From: Lingula anatina
Taxonomy: Eukaryota; Animalia; Brachiopoda
Reading direction: 5' to 3'
Assembly: GCA_051362555.1 (NCBI GenBank)
Contig: CM120640.1
Location: forward strand, 22,072,001-22,136,000
Length of the DNA stretch: 64,000 bases
Shown here: positions 37,466 to 52,066 of the stretch, in pieces
Position numbering within the stretch: position 1 is the first letter of the stretch
How the letters are laid out: every line of letters starts with the position of its first letter
The notes under the pieces: model-generated
What the model was told of the DNA's origin: nothing
What the model saw: only the letters and a program-made list of their open reading frames with translations
Databases searched by the model: none
Translations under genes and position numbers: made by a program

Positions 37466-40400
37466 ATGGGGATTTTTGCTTCCATAAAGACATGGTTTGT
37501 GCTACATCTCTTGATGGGATATATCTTCATTTTGTCTGGATTGATTGTGAACTGTATTATGTTTTGCACCCTCATCATCTGGCCATTTAGTAAAACGATA
37601 TACCGAAAAGTTAACTGTTACCTAGCATACTGGATATGGTCACGTGAGTATGATCAATAAAATATATTGTAATAGTTTTTGTAATTATTTATTGAGTAAA
37701 ACTAAAAAGATGCATAAATCATTTCAGTTAGGTGCATCTTTTCCAAATAAGCAGTTGCTTAGACGATCACATTTTTACCAAATAACAGGAAAAAAACGAG
37801 TTTGTCTGTTCATTTGCCTGAAGATTTTATTGATTATTCCATTCCATTAAACATTGGTCTATTAATGTGATTCACATTGTGAAAATCGGTTATCATACAC
37901 ATGCAAAAAGCAATTTTAGTATGTTTGAAGTGACCTTCTTCAAAACATATATTTTTTCCTTTTCAGAATACACATTTCTGGGTCAGTGGTGGTCTGGGTC
38001 TGATATTGTCCTGAAGACAAATCCAGAGGATGTGAAATACTATGGGAAAGAGCATGCAATCATTATTTTGAACCACAAATATGATATAGACTGGTTGTTG
38101 GGATATTTTTTAGCTGAGAGACTGGGAATACTGGGTGTAAGAGTACTTTAACAGTTTTTAAGATAAACCAGCAAAAATAAGAATACTAAAATGTTCTCAA
38201 AGATAAAACAGCAAAAAACTTTTTTTTACACTCATACATGTTAGGAGACAAAGGGTTCCAATGATTATGTTCCTTAAATTAATTTGATTTAATTTTTTTT
38301 AAATTCCCAGGGTTCTAAAGTATATGGCAAAGAAATGCTGAAGTTTGTCCCCATCCAGGGCTGGTCTTGGTATTTCACAGAGTCTGTCTTCCTTAAAAGA
38401 AACTGGGAACAAGACAGGAAGATCATCATTAGGGATATTAAAAACCTGGCAGAATTTCCAGTCAACTACTGGGTGACAGTGAGCAATCTGTTTACAATCA
38501 TTATGTACTGTGCCTGCAAATTACTCTCAATATTGACCTTAAAGATGGAATTTAATGAGTGTCAACTGAAACTTTTTTCCTGATATATTTTTCTTTAAAT
38601 TTCCAACCCACATATATTTTCCTTTTAACATGTCACCACTTAAGTTTTTTATGTTTGATTTCTGTGAAACTTTCAACATTCATAATTGATTCCATCATTT
38701 CATATATTTTGTTTGTTAATCTTAAGTTTATTAATTTTATCCCAGTGATTCTGTTTTTTGTTATTGCATGCACTGTAGATAAATGGTTATGTACATGTAT
38801 GTGCCATGTTAGTAGCTTTTATTTGCAAACAGCATTTGAAAATGAGATTCAAAATCATCTCACTTTTGACACAACACCACAGACAATCCACCAATTGTGA
38901 CAATTTGTTAAAGCAATGCTTGTGGATTTTGATTTTGAATATCTGTCAAATATATTAGGCTTTTTGAATTTCCTTTTTAATTGCTGCAATGACTTCAAAT
39001 TTGATTTTAAATGTATGTTTACCGTTTTATAATTTTTAGACATAGTTCCATGCATTACAATGACAGTAGTGCATGGGCACTTTTAAAGACTGGATGCCAA
39101 TGCTAGCATCATTTTGCTGTAGCACTGTTTTTGAGCTGATACATGATCATACCATGGATCTCATGCTTAGTACTGCAACAATGTGATATGTGGGCATGCA
39201 GAATGGGTATAGCAGTAAAGGACTGGCTGCTACTAAAACAGTGCTGACAGTGTTTGCATCTGGATTCAGGAAAACTGTAGTTTTATCGATTTAGACTGGC
39301 TTTAAAGACCTTAATTATGAATCAGTCATTTTAAAAAAACATCATTTTTCTGTAGGAGTAAACAAAATCATAAATTTTTATTAAATATGGAAATCAAAAT
39401 GCAGACAATTTATTTAATAATCTTTTAAATTAATTTAATTCTTTACAGTTGAAAACATGTAACTTTGATATTTAAAATTTGCTGTGTCTTGCATCAGTAT
39501 TATGTATGCTTCTCAGGTGTAATAATTTTGACCTAGTTTTGTTAATTTATTTGTTTAATTGATGCTTAGCTTTAACTGTATGCTTCTTAAATCTAATGAC
39601 TTTGAGATTGTATTTATTTATCTGTAAATCAACATTTTAGTTGGAAATGTGCTTCAAATTACAAGTTTTATCATTCTGTATAACTTTTGATGTACCTTTT
39701 CTTTAGATCCTGATGTTCTGTGAAGGGACCAGGTTCACAGAGGCCAAGCACAAAGCAAGCATGAAGGTGGCCAAAGAGAAGGGTCTGCCTGAGCTGAAAC
39801 ACCACCTCCTGCCCAGGACCAAGGGGTTTGTACTCACTATGCAGGGACTCAAAGGAAAAAGTAAGATGGTGCTCATCTTTTATCCCCATCTCTCAATATG
39901 TATTTCGTTTGAGTTTCAAATGTCTTTTCAGTTTTCCTAAACTACTAACATCTCATTCTCTTGAATGCTAAGAAGGCAATTTTTTGACATGTAATGCTCA
40001 CTCAGTGGATTTTTCCATATTTTCCCCTAATGCTCAATGTCAACTGTACTTTTTTCATTAGACATCCCCCTGTTAAAATGTGTCCAAATGTGGAAGTGAA
40101 TTGTCTGTGTGGATTGTCTGCTTTTGTTACATATTTTATGCCTCGTTATAGTTCCAGCTATTTATGATTGCACAGTGGGAATCACAAAAAGTGAAAATGA
40201 GCCAACATTCATGAATGTTGTCAATGGAAAAACATTTAAAGCTGAACTCAAAGTGAGGTAAATATCGGAAAACAGCTGAAAATATTTTAAGGTGTTTATG
40301 TCCAACATGTATATTAGGCATTAGAAAGAAAAAAGAAATTGTATCATGTTATCATGTCAAAGAATTCAAAGATAAACTTAATTGGTTTGTTTATGACATT

Positions 40401-41763
40401 ATATCTAGGGAAGGAATTAGAAATACTAGATTGTGAATTATTTAACAAATAGTGCACAGTCCTGAGGGGACTACGAAGAACTGTTTCCAGTAAGAGAAAA
40501 TAAAACTCTGGCGTAAAGTCAATTGTCCACCACAGTATGAAGAAAGACAACTTAAAGTTTTTAAATAAGTACATGTCTACCGGTATCTCCCTGAAGTCAT
40601 TTCCTATTTACCTTTGATGCCCTTCCCCATTGTTAACTTATCAATGTTGCAACCAACAATGCATGTGTAACAACTTAACATTGATGCAAAGTTGCATCAT
40701 CCTGCAATATCTTTATTCAAACAACTGAGAAATCAGAGGGATAGAATTCTTTAACCTAGGTCAACTAATAGTCCGCAGTAATATATCACAGTCATGTCAC
40801 TTACAGAACCATTGTACTTAACACAAGAATATTATTCAGAATATTTTGTGGTAACTGGCCAATCAAAGGCCTAAAATTCTACAAGAGGTATAACAATTTT
40901 TATTATTACAGGAGAATAACTCTTGAGGAAATCCCAACTGACACAGATGAAGAATGCTCAGCGTGGCTTCATAAGTTGTATCAGGAAAAGGTACAAAAAT
41001 ATTTTGTGAATTCAGAACTTCATATTGACAACAAGGTCATAAGTCATGGTTATGTTTTTGCATGCATGCCTTTCATAGGTATCCCTGTCCAAAATATCTT
41101 TCATCTCCTAGCATTTAACATTTCAGCAGATTCATTTGTTTGTTGCAGGATGAGTTCTATGATGGTTTCCTGAAAAAGGGCCACTTTGATGGTGCTTTGA
41201 TAGAGATCCCCAAAAGACCCTGGGACCTGTTAGTGTGGTTGTTCTGGGCAGTAACATTGGGTGTTCCTCTAATCTACTACCTGATCCAAGTGCTGTGGTC
41301 AGGGTCCATCTATGTGTCAGGTTGTGTGGTGCTGGTGATTGTCTTTGGTATGTGTGTGTATGCAAACCGAGTCACTTGCCGTTAATCATTGCCATTCTTT
41401 AATCACTTTCACTATAACAGTTAGAAATTATTAATTTTAGGTTCCATAAATTATAAAAATAATTCATTCAGAACATTGGCAATAAGATGGATATTTTCAC
41501 CCTAAATTTTTATTATAATATTTTTGTTTATTTTAATTTTCATTTACTTGTTTATTTTAAATTTTATTTTTTAAATTATATAAGTGAATTGTGCTCTATA
41601 TCAGTCTTACATGCATACTTGAAGTGTATCTGTTTTTCATATACAAATATCTGTTCTGTATCTTCCTGTAGGCTCTGTGATGGTGAGGTGGATGATTGCA
41701 GTGACTGAAACTGAGAGGGGATCAAAATATGGGCACAGGCATGAAGAGAAGAAAGAGCAATGA
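37466..41763 (+). CDS. AGPAT3: 1-acyl-sn-glycerol-3-phosphate acyltransferase gamma/delta-like (AGPAT3/4 family), 8 coding exons
   Basis: It carries the acyltransferase motifs NHKYDIDW (HX4D), VFLKRNWEQD, FCEGTRFT and LKHHLLPRTKGF, plus C-terminal hydrophobic helices. The CDS ends GSKYGHRHEEKKEQ* at 41763. AGPAT3 versus AGPAT4 orthology cannot be resolved by eye. Confidence 0.92.
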
Positions 41764-44700
41764 TGAATTACAGCTGTTTCTGTACTATAACATGATGCCG
41801 AATGCTCAGATATTTTTGTCATGTTTGAAGAGCTACTGTTCTTTTCATATACTCTTTGGGTATGTGACCCATTACCCAAATATACATGAACTAAAAAAAG
41901 AAAATATTTGATGTCAGTATAGTTTATGTAGAATAAAAAGGTTCTGGCATATCTTTTCGCCTACAGCAAATACTTCAGAGATAATTTTGCCATTTTTAAA
42001 TATCAATTTGTATTGCCATAATTATTAAATATATTGTGTAGCCATTTATGGTAGGTTTTCTATGATTCCTTTATTTTTTTAAAAATAACAATGGCATCTT
42101 TAAAATACCCCAATGACATCCCTGCAGTTTTTTTTCCATTTGAGTAATGAACTTTTTAATGGACTTTTGGTGCCATTGGTAAGTTTTATGCTTAAGAAGT
42201 ATATTTAGATGACCAATAGATCATGTAATTGATTTTTCTTTTTTAGCATAGAAAGATACAACCCTCAGTTTCAGATTCTTGTTGATGGTCTTTGCAACTG
42301 GCAGGCAAGTAGTCTGCTTTTTACATTTAGTCTTTTTAAAATATTGTTTTATTAGGTTAACTATGCCAAATAATGAATTATTACTCTATAATCTGGACAC
42401 CAGGTTTCTACACAAAGTAATAGGCCAAGCACCTGTGCAATAAGAATAACCTAAACCTCTGCCAAAGACTTTCTGTAGTTAGTTTGAATAAGGAATTAGA
42501 TATCAACTTCCTTAGTCTGAAAAAAGTTTTCATTATCAAATGTTTGGCTATTATTTCGTTATAAGATCTGTTATCTTATGCCTAACATAGGGTGAAAAAA
42601 ATACAAATTATTATTACCTGGGTCATGTATATACCTTGATTTTATTTAGAGGTGGCACTTATTACAATAATAGATTCTTTTATTTCATCAAATACAACCA
42701 AGAGGAACTATTATGCATTGTCTTTGGGTATGCAGGCCAGTTAAAAGAAAACAGTGGGATTGTCTTTTTTTTTATAAAGTGGATAAATGGACATCATTAG
42801 GTTGGTTAAAGGTCATTGTATAAGTGAGTTAAGTGGTGACATTAAAAGACTACCAAAGTGACCACAGTGTACTCTGGAGCTTGGGCTAATGAATCCAGAT
42901 ATACACATGTAACTGATTATTGCTTTTTATGCCTGCTGGTTTGATTAACATATTTAGTGCTAAAATTTATTTATTTAGAATGAAATTGCATGTTGCATGG
43001 AGTTAAGAAAATAATACTTGTGAGAATATATACATGTATTTATCTGGGCAGAATGGATATGTTTGGCATCTACACTGTTATCAGTAAGGGCTATCACTGT
43101 TTGGTGCTATACTTGAATGTTTACTAGCTATGCCAGATAAGTTGATATCGCCTTTGATAAATAGAAATAGAAAAATAATTTGATGGCAAAGGTAAGATGG
43201 CAATCCTACAAATTGGCACACAGAAATATATCCAGCTGCACTGTATCACATTAAATGGATCTCATCTGCTGCATTCCATGGCAATCAGATTGGACTGATA
43301 TCAAATCCAATGCAAAGAAAACAAACCCCACCAATCAAACAGAGAGGGTTTTCCCTCTCCCTAAATAGAGGTCTCTTGTTTTTCAAAAGTTGGTGAACCC
43401 TTAATCACCTCTGAATCCTATCCTGTGTTTTGAATACTAAGTGAATGTTTCTCTATTTTAAATGAAGAGGATATGATTATCTATGTTTAATGTGATCTCT
43501 AGGTTACTTCCAATGGCTTGCTTTGCATTGTACAGAGTTAACTAGACTGTAAGGCTGTCATAAATGCATAAAGAGTAAAAGCATATGTAATTGTAAACAG
43601 TTGCATACCTCATAGATACTAATGTTTATTATGTTGTCTGGTAGCAGGTGAAGCACAGCTGTGATATATGCACACTTCACAGTGGTAGCAGAGCTCAATA
43701 TGTAAGCTTCCTGCATTTGGTGGTCTTAGTTTTATATTTTATAAAAGTTTTGAACTAAACTTTGGTATATTTTAAAAATGTTTTTTTAGTAGAAAAGCCA
43801 GTTGGTATTTTATCAGTGCATTAACTTCCAGTGCATTTTTAACTTGACAAACATTACAGTTATGTCATTTGATTCAAAGAATTTACTGTTGTAATTGGTC
43901 TGTTCTTTCAAAAGACAGGGTAACCAGAATGTTAGTTGAATAGTTTAAGTTTACATGCCAAAACATCCGAGTTTGCAGGACCAGAATAAGAGAACATGCT
44001 AGTTATAATCAAAGGAATAATCAAGGAAACTAATGTTGATGACACCAAACATGTCAACAAAATTGATTGACAACCTGTTTTTTGTTTTTTTTTTTTTTTT
44101 TTGTTTTGTTTTTTTTTAGGTGGAAAGCATCCTGATCATGTGATGTTCAATTAAACCAATTCTTATGTAGGAATAAAAAAAGAGCACCCAAAGTTACTGA
44201 ACACTGAAAACTCACCTCTCTACCATCGGCCTCTGCTGTTCCCAGTAAGCTGATAGTAGAGACTTGAGTCCACAGTGTCTTCTGAAACTCTTGGAGGAAA
44301 AGAGAGAGACAGTTCTCATTGTGATTAAAAAATAATTTACAAGTGAGTGTGTTGCATGATCTGTATATCTGTTTTTCTCCTTAAATATGATAATGGATAG
44401 CATTTCTCAATAAAGAATTTATATTTTAACATTATTAACAATATTTACAGTTACCAGTGAAGTAAGGATATCAGTTGCCTCATTTAGTACCTTGTGTCTT
44501 GCATGCCACATACATGTATGTCCACTAATAATACCTGAAATGTTACATTTAGAGCTTAACATCAAAGTTAAATAAAATGCTCAAGCTATACACAACATTC
44601 CTTTTAAAGTATATTAACTTGTGGCTATATTAGATGCCCGAATTATGATATGAGTGTGCACATTGGTTACTTTGTACTGGTATATGCACTTCCTTTTAGT

Positions 44701-44982
44701 TCATGAGTGTGCGCTGATTATCATATTTGTTGTTTTAGTATTGTTTTAAATATGATAATGATAGACTAGACCAGTTTCGCAACTGCCGTTATATTTTCTT
44801 TATTGCCAAAGAGAAATGCCCAATTTATGGAATCTATTTACATTTTCTTTAGAAAAGTTTCAAGGTGAAGATGATTGTTGTTTTTCATGTCAGGGAGAGG
44901 ATTATCATGTATTGAGAATTTCTTTCCAAGATGCTTTAAGTTCTAATTGGTGATTCCAGTAAAGTGAAGAAAGTGTAGTGTC

Positions 44983-44985
<3 letters not shown>

Positions 44986-45048
<63 letters not shown>
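44986..45048. repeat. (TA)n microsatellite
   Basis: An uninterrupted TA run of ~63 bp is directly visible. Confidence 0.95.
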
Positions 45049-45050
<2 letters not shown>

Positions 45051-46141
45051 ACTGTAGGCAAAGTTTCACAACAATCTGAGTGAATAATTTATGTCAGTCT
45101 AGTAGGGGCAGCACATAAGCTCATTATGTGCTGTGTACTGTAGCAGATTTAACAAAAAATGGAAGACACTTGCAAAAAGATATTTCATATGCTAAACATG
45201 TTATAGAAGTGGTGCTTCCAATTCCTAATTGTTTATGAGTGCTTCGATTTATGTACAGCGTTATAGTGGAATAAACACGAAAAGGAAAAATCAAATCTTC
45301 TGCTCCAATTTTAGTTTACATTACTAATAAAACCAGAGCAAAAGTGTGAATATTTTGCATATGCGCTCAAAAAGGCATGGTGTGGGTTGTGCACGTTTAA
45401 TGCTGAACGGATGAGAAATATTCTTTGCTGATCTTGTGTATTGTAGAGAATCAACTGCAGTGGTACTGAATATTTGATTTATTAGACAGGATTACCTCCC
45501 CATAACCGAGATTTAATACGGTAATAACATTCCTATCTCTATGAGTATCTTGCTTAACGAGTAAATTCACGAACAAACAATATATATATATATTATTCAT
45601 CGCCCTTCAATCCTCTCTTATTCTCCGCTGTTATTAATTTTTTTTTTTTTTGATAAAATATAGTCTTTTCAATTGCCCAGTAACGTATAGCAGTCATTAC
45701 ATCCGACGCTAGCAAAATCGATTATCGTTTTACGTCTCACATTTCTCAACTGTGAAGTAAGTTTGTTAGATAATTCTTTACATAGAGTACAGCCATTCAT
45801 TTGGCAGAAATGGAAATACGATTAACAAAACGTGAAATCCTGATTTGATAATTTACATACTACACTTTCTGATTTTTTAATGTACATGTAATTAGTACAA
45901 ACTGTCACATTAATCGACAGGCATGATATTACATCATGAAAACATTTCAAATTATGCATTTATCGTCTTAGTTTAGGATAAATTATCAGGAATCTGCTAA
46001 ATAACAGCAGGGACGGTAATAGTTATTTACAGTGAAAAGCTATCTACACGAAAATTCATGTATCACACATATACCATTAAAATGTTCTTTATTTTATTTC
46101 TTATTTTTACTATAGTAGCAATTCCATGAATTCTTTACAAC

Positions 46142-48718
46142 TTAAACATAGTCATCCGCATCTGTTATGCCGTCAATATCAATTTTCACAGCTTTATCTT
46201 TTGATCTCCAAGCAGGTTTTCGCGTCTTGATAGGAGGAGGCTCTGGGGTAGGCTTTTTGGCTGGCTTTCCTCCGACTGAAGGCGCTCTGCGAGCTTGGGA
46301 TGAATCGATTTCTGGGCTTATTCGTGTAGTAGCCATTCGAGAGCCTGGGACACTTCTGGAATCCCCTTTCATTCGTTTCAGCTCTGATTCCCTGCGTCTG
46401 TTTGGCTTGGCTTCCAGTGCACCACGGGCGACAGCTAGACTTGCTGTGCCCATTACCTTCGCCTTTGGAGCAGAAGATGGTTGCGATGATGTGGACTTGT
46501 TTATTTTGGAAGTACCAGAAGTACTGCTTGCTACTCGACTGATCAGCCCACTTTCATCGAGTGTCTTTGTTTGGGCAGAACTCTTACTTATCTCAGGCTC
46601 ATCTTCCTCAGATTGTTTTATTTTCTGATCTGGCGTTCGTTTAGATTTTTGTAGATCTTCTGAAGGCACAGTATCCGACGCTATTTTAGTGGATTCTCTG
46701 AAAGTCATTTGGGTGGTAGGTTTACTTTCAATTTCGTCGTCAAATGCCATATTCAGCGTGATTTCGTCTATCAGCTCATGATCAAAATCATCGAGCTCGA
46801 ACGGATTCTCGTCTGAAAATTTGTCTGTAAATCGGACGCGATCGCCGTACATTTCCACTGCTATGTTTTTAGTTTTTGTAGACTTCCACTTTGGAACAAA
46901 GCCTGCCTTGAATTCATAGTTAATAATTGGCGTGGATACTCTCTCAGGTCTCTTGCCGGCTGGTATCGGAGATACGGGCGGAGATGCAGGAGGGGAGTCC
47001 ATTTTGTATCGCTTTTGTTGTGTTCGAGACTGTCTAGACTTATTTTCACTGTCTTCATCCCACGTGTTGCCAAAGATCTCGGCTATCTCATCGTCCAGAG
47101 TCAATTCAACACTTGTAACATTTCGCGTAACATCTTTATTGATTATTTCTTCGTCGTTATCATTTTCATCAAACACAGGATTGACAATTCCTTGTTTCCC
47201 CTTTTCGGTTTTCCACCGAGGACCATTCTCCTTCTTGGCAGGCGGAGGGGCTTTGGACTTGGTCCCCGTCACTTTTGACAGCAGTGCTTTTTTGTATTTC
47301 TCCGATTTCCACTTTGGGAGCTTCCCTTCCATTGCAACAGCCTTTCTCAACTCGTCTAAGCTCAAAACCACGATACCCCTTTTACGACGTTTGGATTTTT
47401 TGAAGTTTGGTGGTGGTTTTTTCAAGCAGTACGTTTCAATAAAGGAGCCTACAAGGTATACAACAGCGGCCCCGCCGTATATAAACAGAGTCAAAGGGAC
47501 CATCAGGTAAATGGCTAAGTTGTCGTCTGTGTTGTAAAAATCAACAATCATGTTCCAGAATTCAATAAAACCCATTGCAGCCGCTCCTTCTGAAGAAGAC
47601 GATGCCATGCTTGAATTTGACGAATTGTCAAAAGTTTGATTTAAAGATATAACAACAGTTAAGTCTGTACTGGACAAGGGTGCGGTGGAGGTTGTTGTCG
47701 TTGGAGTGGTCGTAGTTGGCGTTGTCGTAGTCGTTACTGTGGTTGTCGTAGTTGTGGGTGGTGTTGTTGTAATCACCTGTGTCGTTGTTTCGTTCCCGTC
47801 AGTCATGTTATAGTTTCCTACCGTTGTGGTCGTATTCCAATCTGTATTATTGTTAAAAGCTGTGGTCGTATTGTCCGGCATGGCTGTTGTTGAATTGTCC
47901 AGCATACCCGTTGTTGAATTGTCTGGCATAGCTGTTGTGGCATTGTCTGGCATTGGTGTGGTGCCGTCGAACATCGTTGTTGAAGGGTCGTCCGTCGTGG
48001 TTTGACAGTCAACTCCTGAGAAAAGTGCAAAAAAGTTAGGATTTAGTATTTCTTGCATTATTCTTTCCCCTTTCTTCTTTGGTAAGGCTCACATGAAAAT
48101 GCCTTTCTCTATCAGATCCCAATAGATGATACAGACTCTAGATAACGACTACGGGATACAAGCTATGTAAAGACCGATTTAATGTACATTGGTTCAGTTA
48201 ATTTCCATTTGTGCCACATCCTTATAACCCCACTCGTGCGTCACATAGGCCTACATATACATTGGACAGAGCTAAATCTGTAGATGGATAATCTTCAGGT
48301 GTATGAGACTCACAAGTCTGATGGATGCCATAACGTTATTTTCAGGACCAAAAACAAAGTTGTATGTAAGACGATTTTAATCATAATTCAAATAAGCTTC
48401 TAAAAAGTAATCGAATGTTCCCATTTCTGTAACCGAGTTCATGAAATCGGTATCTGCCTCAACATATAAAAGTGTTTTATACACTTACTAGTATAATAAC
48501 ATTGGATTGAAATAGATTGTAAAAATTGTACTGCTTTTTCTTTTTGAAAATCCTATCCAACGTATATCAAGTAATGACATAAGAACTATCGATTAATGAA
48601 AAGGATAGCACTTACCTTTTTTGCATATCAAAATGAGAATCGACACCGTGAAAACTGTAAAAGATTTTACAGAGCACCAAGTTTTACGTTTAGTGGCAGT
48701 TCGGTTCTCTTTTCCCAT
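46142..48718 (-). CDS. Uncharacterised mucin-like single-pass membrane protein (paralog A), exons 48718-48616 and 48015-46142, ~658 aa
   Basis: Exon 1 reads MGKENRTATKRKTWCSVKSFTVFTVSILILICKKG (signal-peptide-like) and splices in phase 1 into a long ORF. That ORF has a Thr-rich ectodomain with many N-x-T/S sequons, the TM segment LAIYLMVPLTLFIYGGAAVVYLVG, a basic stop-transfer stretch and a long low-complexity tail. Confidence 0.8.
47850..47985 (-). repeat. Coding ~24-bp degenerate tandem repeat (xTTxMxDN) in the paralog A ectodomain
   Basis: The protein reads STTMFDG-TTPMPDN-ATTAMPDN-STTGMLDN-STTAMPDN-TTTAFNN. Confidence 0.75.
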
Positions 48719-51055
48719 TTTTCTAACAGAACTTATCCAACTGTTATTTGCAAAGCGTTAAAACTTAAGGTAGAATGGCTGTATATGCCAAATTATCTCC
48801 GTTTTTGGAAGTCTTTCCATGGTGTAAATGTCAAGCAAATTGCTGACAAGGTCCCAAAGGATACTGAAATGTCAGCAACGATTCGGTCCTTTTCTCTCTG
48901 TAAGGCCTTCTTGCCCTTCCTTTTCACGCTTAACGCTAATACATCAACAGATCGATTGGCTCAGTTTTTAAGGGTGGGTGATGTTTTCGTTGTCGTTTCT
49001 CTCCAAAATATTAACCTTCTCCCAAATCCCTATTTACATCTAGTTTCTTTCTCATCGTAGGTAAATAGGACTGGTTTGGAAAAGTTGTAGCAAAATATTC
49101 TCCTACTTTTCTATGAACTGCAACTACGTTCGGGACGCCAATATATTGCGATTTCCCTATTTGTTTAAAAGTTTGAAATTCAATGACTCTATCGGAAAAG
49201 AGCGTTATGACGTATATGAACCCATTGATTCAGACAATTGGTATCAAAGGTGAATTTTTGAGCATGGTTGTCGATTTATAGGCGTCCATTGAACTTAAGT
49301 CGTTGACAGGTTTGCCTTACTTCAGATATTGATCCTGTGCAGTCAGTAACTGAATCATAAATGGACATCGTTTTAAAATTTACATTGATTAATTTAAATT
49401 ACCAAAAGTGAAAATTAAAAAAAAAGTAGACATTTTGGTCGGATAGGGCGGGGGGTGTAATTTGTGAAAAATCAATAAATATATCTCTATTCAATAACTA
49501 CTTCATCATCATTCATATGTCCTAACGAAAAAAATTGATCGATCATGTGCTAAAAATCATAATAGCTAGTGTGGTTGCTGAACCATTTTGGCAAAAAAGA
49601 GACGCTTCGTGGAGCTCAATCTTTACAATTATAATTCAGGCATCTTGTATCAGGTGTACTCATAATAGCTTTTGTCATGTATATATTGAGTACGAATCGG
49701 TTGGCTTTCCTTCCCGGCACTGTGAACTCTTCACTGTTTTTGACAACATTATTGATCGTCGTCATAATACAGACATGGCAAGACGACACTGTTTAATTGC
49801 AAGGATACTAAATCATTTATGCCCTGGAATCGATATACTGTTTGCGAAGTCAATAGGAAGGCCAATTAAGTGAAGTCACCAAGCCTGCTTGGATAATTTC
49901 GAAGTTCAGCGTTTACCACTCCAGAAAACTATAAAGTGTTGATAATGATTTATTCACAAAAATAAGTGTTTACATATATGATTTTGACAATAAGTCCATT
50001 TATTTCACTTTCATATGTATAATTCGCACTTACTCGTCAAGGATAAAGAAACAGTGAAAAATTGACACAAATTTCACTTAAATTTTATCGCATAATGTTA
50101 ATTCGCATAAATACCACCTCGTGAGCAAATGACTCATTTAAACTGAAAAAGATACTTTTTTGCCTTTTAACAGAACTACGTTTTAAAAAATACCAAGGAA
50201 TATTTGAATATGCCCCAAGGTAAAATACTCCGCGATACAACTAAAAAAAGTAAGTCCAGAAATTTTGTCAATATTTCCATTTTACGGGAAAGGCTTAATC
50301 AAACATATTCGATATCACACCATCTGTTTCACTAACATGGACTACTGAATATTCATACATTCTTTTTTTCTTTTTTAATCAAGTTTGTATATTTGATAAA
50401 TGTCGTATATTAATTGTTACCACAGGAAGGCAAATACATCACAGCACCAATTAAGTTACATCACAAGTACGTTTCTTCACATGGAAAGTGAGCATTGATA
50501 TCGACAAAGTGTCTAATTTTTAGGGCCTGAAAAAAATGATAAAACATGCTTACAAGATATCATTGTCTATGAAAATAACTAACAAAAATTTTTCTATGTT
50601 AGATTTAAAAGATACATTCAATATAACCATTAGTTAAGACAAAGTATTCCATATACAAAATAGACTATTAACATGTCAACATGGATGAATGTCAACCGCA
50701 TTTTCTCCGGTTACAGATTCTCCAATATTTTCAGATAAGAGGCTTGATTTCTCTCGTCAGACAAATGCTATTTTCTAAAACTCATTAAATGTACATAACG
50801 AAATTTGCTAAAATTGATATTTGGTCGATGTGCGCCCTTAAGAAGAAAAAAATTAAGATGCCACTTTTATCAGTTCAGAAAGCGTGGACGGAATATTCTT
50901 TAAGGCCTATAATTTAGATGTAATAAAATATTAAGCCATGTTTTGATCCCAAAGCAAGCATCAAGGCACCGGATTGCACATGGGCTAAAATCATCATTAG
51001 GCAGAGTCGTGAACCGAGTTCGCATCTTAATAAATTTACTACCTCCCCATTTTAT

Positions 51056-52066
51056 TTAAGCTTCGCTCTCAGAACCTCTGCTTTTGGGTTTTTTGATATC
51101 GTCGAACCTCAGATCAAACCTATTGAGCATTTGCCACTGCTTCTTAGGTTTACTCTCGGGTTCTTCTTGCTGCATCTCTTTCTTGTCCTTTTCTTGCACG
51201 CGGATGGTCCGTGCGTTGCTCCCATTTGAAAGTCCCGATGCTCTTCCCCCAGCGGCGCTCTTTGCACGTGAACGCTTAGCTTCCATCCGCGTGAGCTGTG
51301 CTAGAGTCCACAGATCCATCTCCATCAGGGACTGCTTGGTATCCTTCGAACCCTTGTTAAATTCCTCCTCTGAAGGAGTTGGAGAGGTCATAGATAAAAA
51401 GGTTCTGGCGTAGGCCTTTGCGATGGAATTGGACCAACCCGGAGCGATCTTAGTTTGTTCTTCCTTGATCATATCTGGCGAGGGCGGGCTGGCGGTGTCC
51501 CCTCTCGCTATCCCCATCAGCCTCTCCCTTTCTATGGTCGCAGCGTGGTATTTTCGTAGGTATGCTTTCCGTTCCTCAGCAGTCATCATTTTCGGCTTTG
51601 CATCCTCTATCTTCTGTCGTTCTTCTACCTTTTTCTTTATCTCCTCCTCCTTCTTCGCTTTTTTAACCTGTCGTTCTACCTCTTTCTTCTGGACTATTTC
51701 TTCTTGTTTTTTGACCACTCGCTGAAATATATCCGGCTTTTTCTTCACTTTCCTCTTGGGTGGCGGAAGCCCGAGTTTCTTTGCTCGTCTGACTTTTATC
51801 TTAAAACCAGTAAGCTCAATAATTTGTCCAATAGCGTACAAAATCACAGCCCCGCCATAAACAAAAAGCATCATCGGCGCAACGAACCAGTACGCAAAAT
51901 TTTGCCAAATGGCGTAAAATTCCACAACGGGACGAAACCACTCGAACCAATCCGGGAGGAATATTCGTCCGTCGCCTGCGGCCGTGTCATTGGTGGCCAG
52001 TGTCGCCAATGTGGTGGTCCAGCCCGTAAGGTTCAACATGACAGTCACGTCTTCCGTGGTGGCCAT
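51056..52066 (-). CDS. Uncharacterised single-pass membrane protein (paralog B), single coding exon, 336 aa
   Basis: This is a long ORF with a good Kozak context (AAAATGG). It has a short Thr-rich N-terminus with NLT and NDT sequons, the TM segment FAYWFVAPMMLFVYGGAVILYAIG, and a Lys/Glu-rich tail. Confidence 0.82.
   Translation of the reverse strand: MATTEDVTVMLNLTGWTTTLATLATNDTAAGDGRIFLPDWFEWFRPVVEFYAIWQNFAYWFVAPMMLFVYGGAVILYAIGQIIELTGFKIKVRRAKKLGLPPPKRKVKKKPDIFQRVVKKQEEIVQKKEVERQVKKAKKEEEIKKKVEERQKIEDAKPKMMTAEERKAYLRKYHAATIERERLMGIARGDTASPPSPDMIKEEQTKIAPGWSNSIAKAYARTFLSMTSPTPSEEEFNKGSKDTKQSLMEMDLWTLAQLTRMEAKRSRAKSAAGGRASGLSNGSNARTIRVQEKDKKEMQQEEPESKPKKQWQMLNRFDLRFDDIKKPKSRGSESEA

Noticed and set aside
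39118-39250. 11-15 bp inverted repeat in an AGPAT intron
   Set aside because: It is too short and isolated to support a MITE or structured-RNA call.
42860-43840. CAGTGN loops in the AGPAT 3'UTR as iron-responsive elements
   Set aside because: The flanking bases do not form the required 5-bp upper stem with a bulged C.
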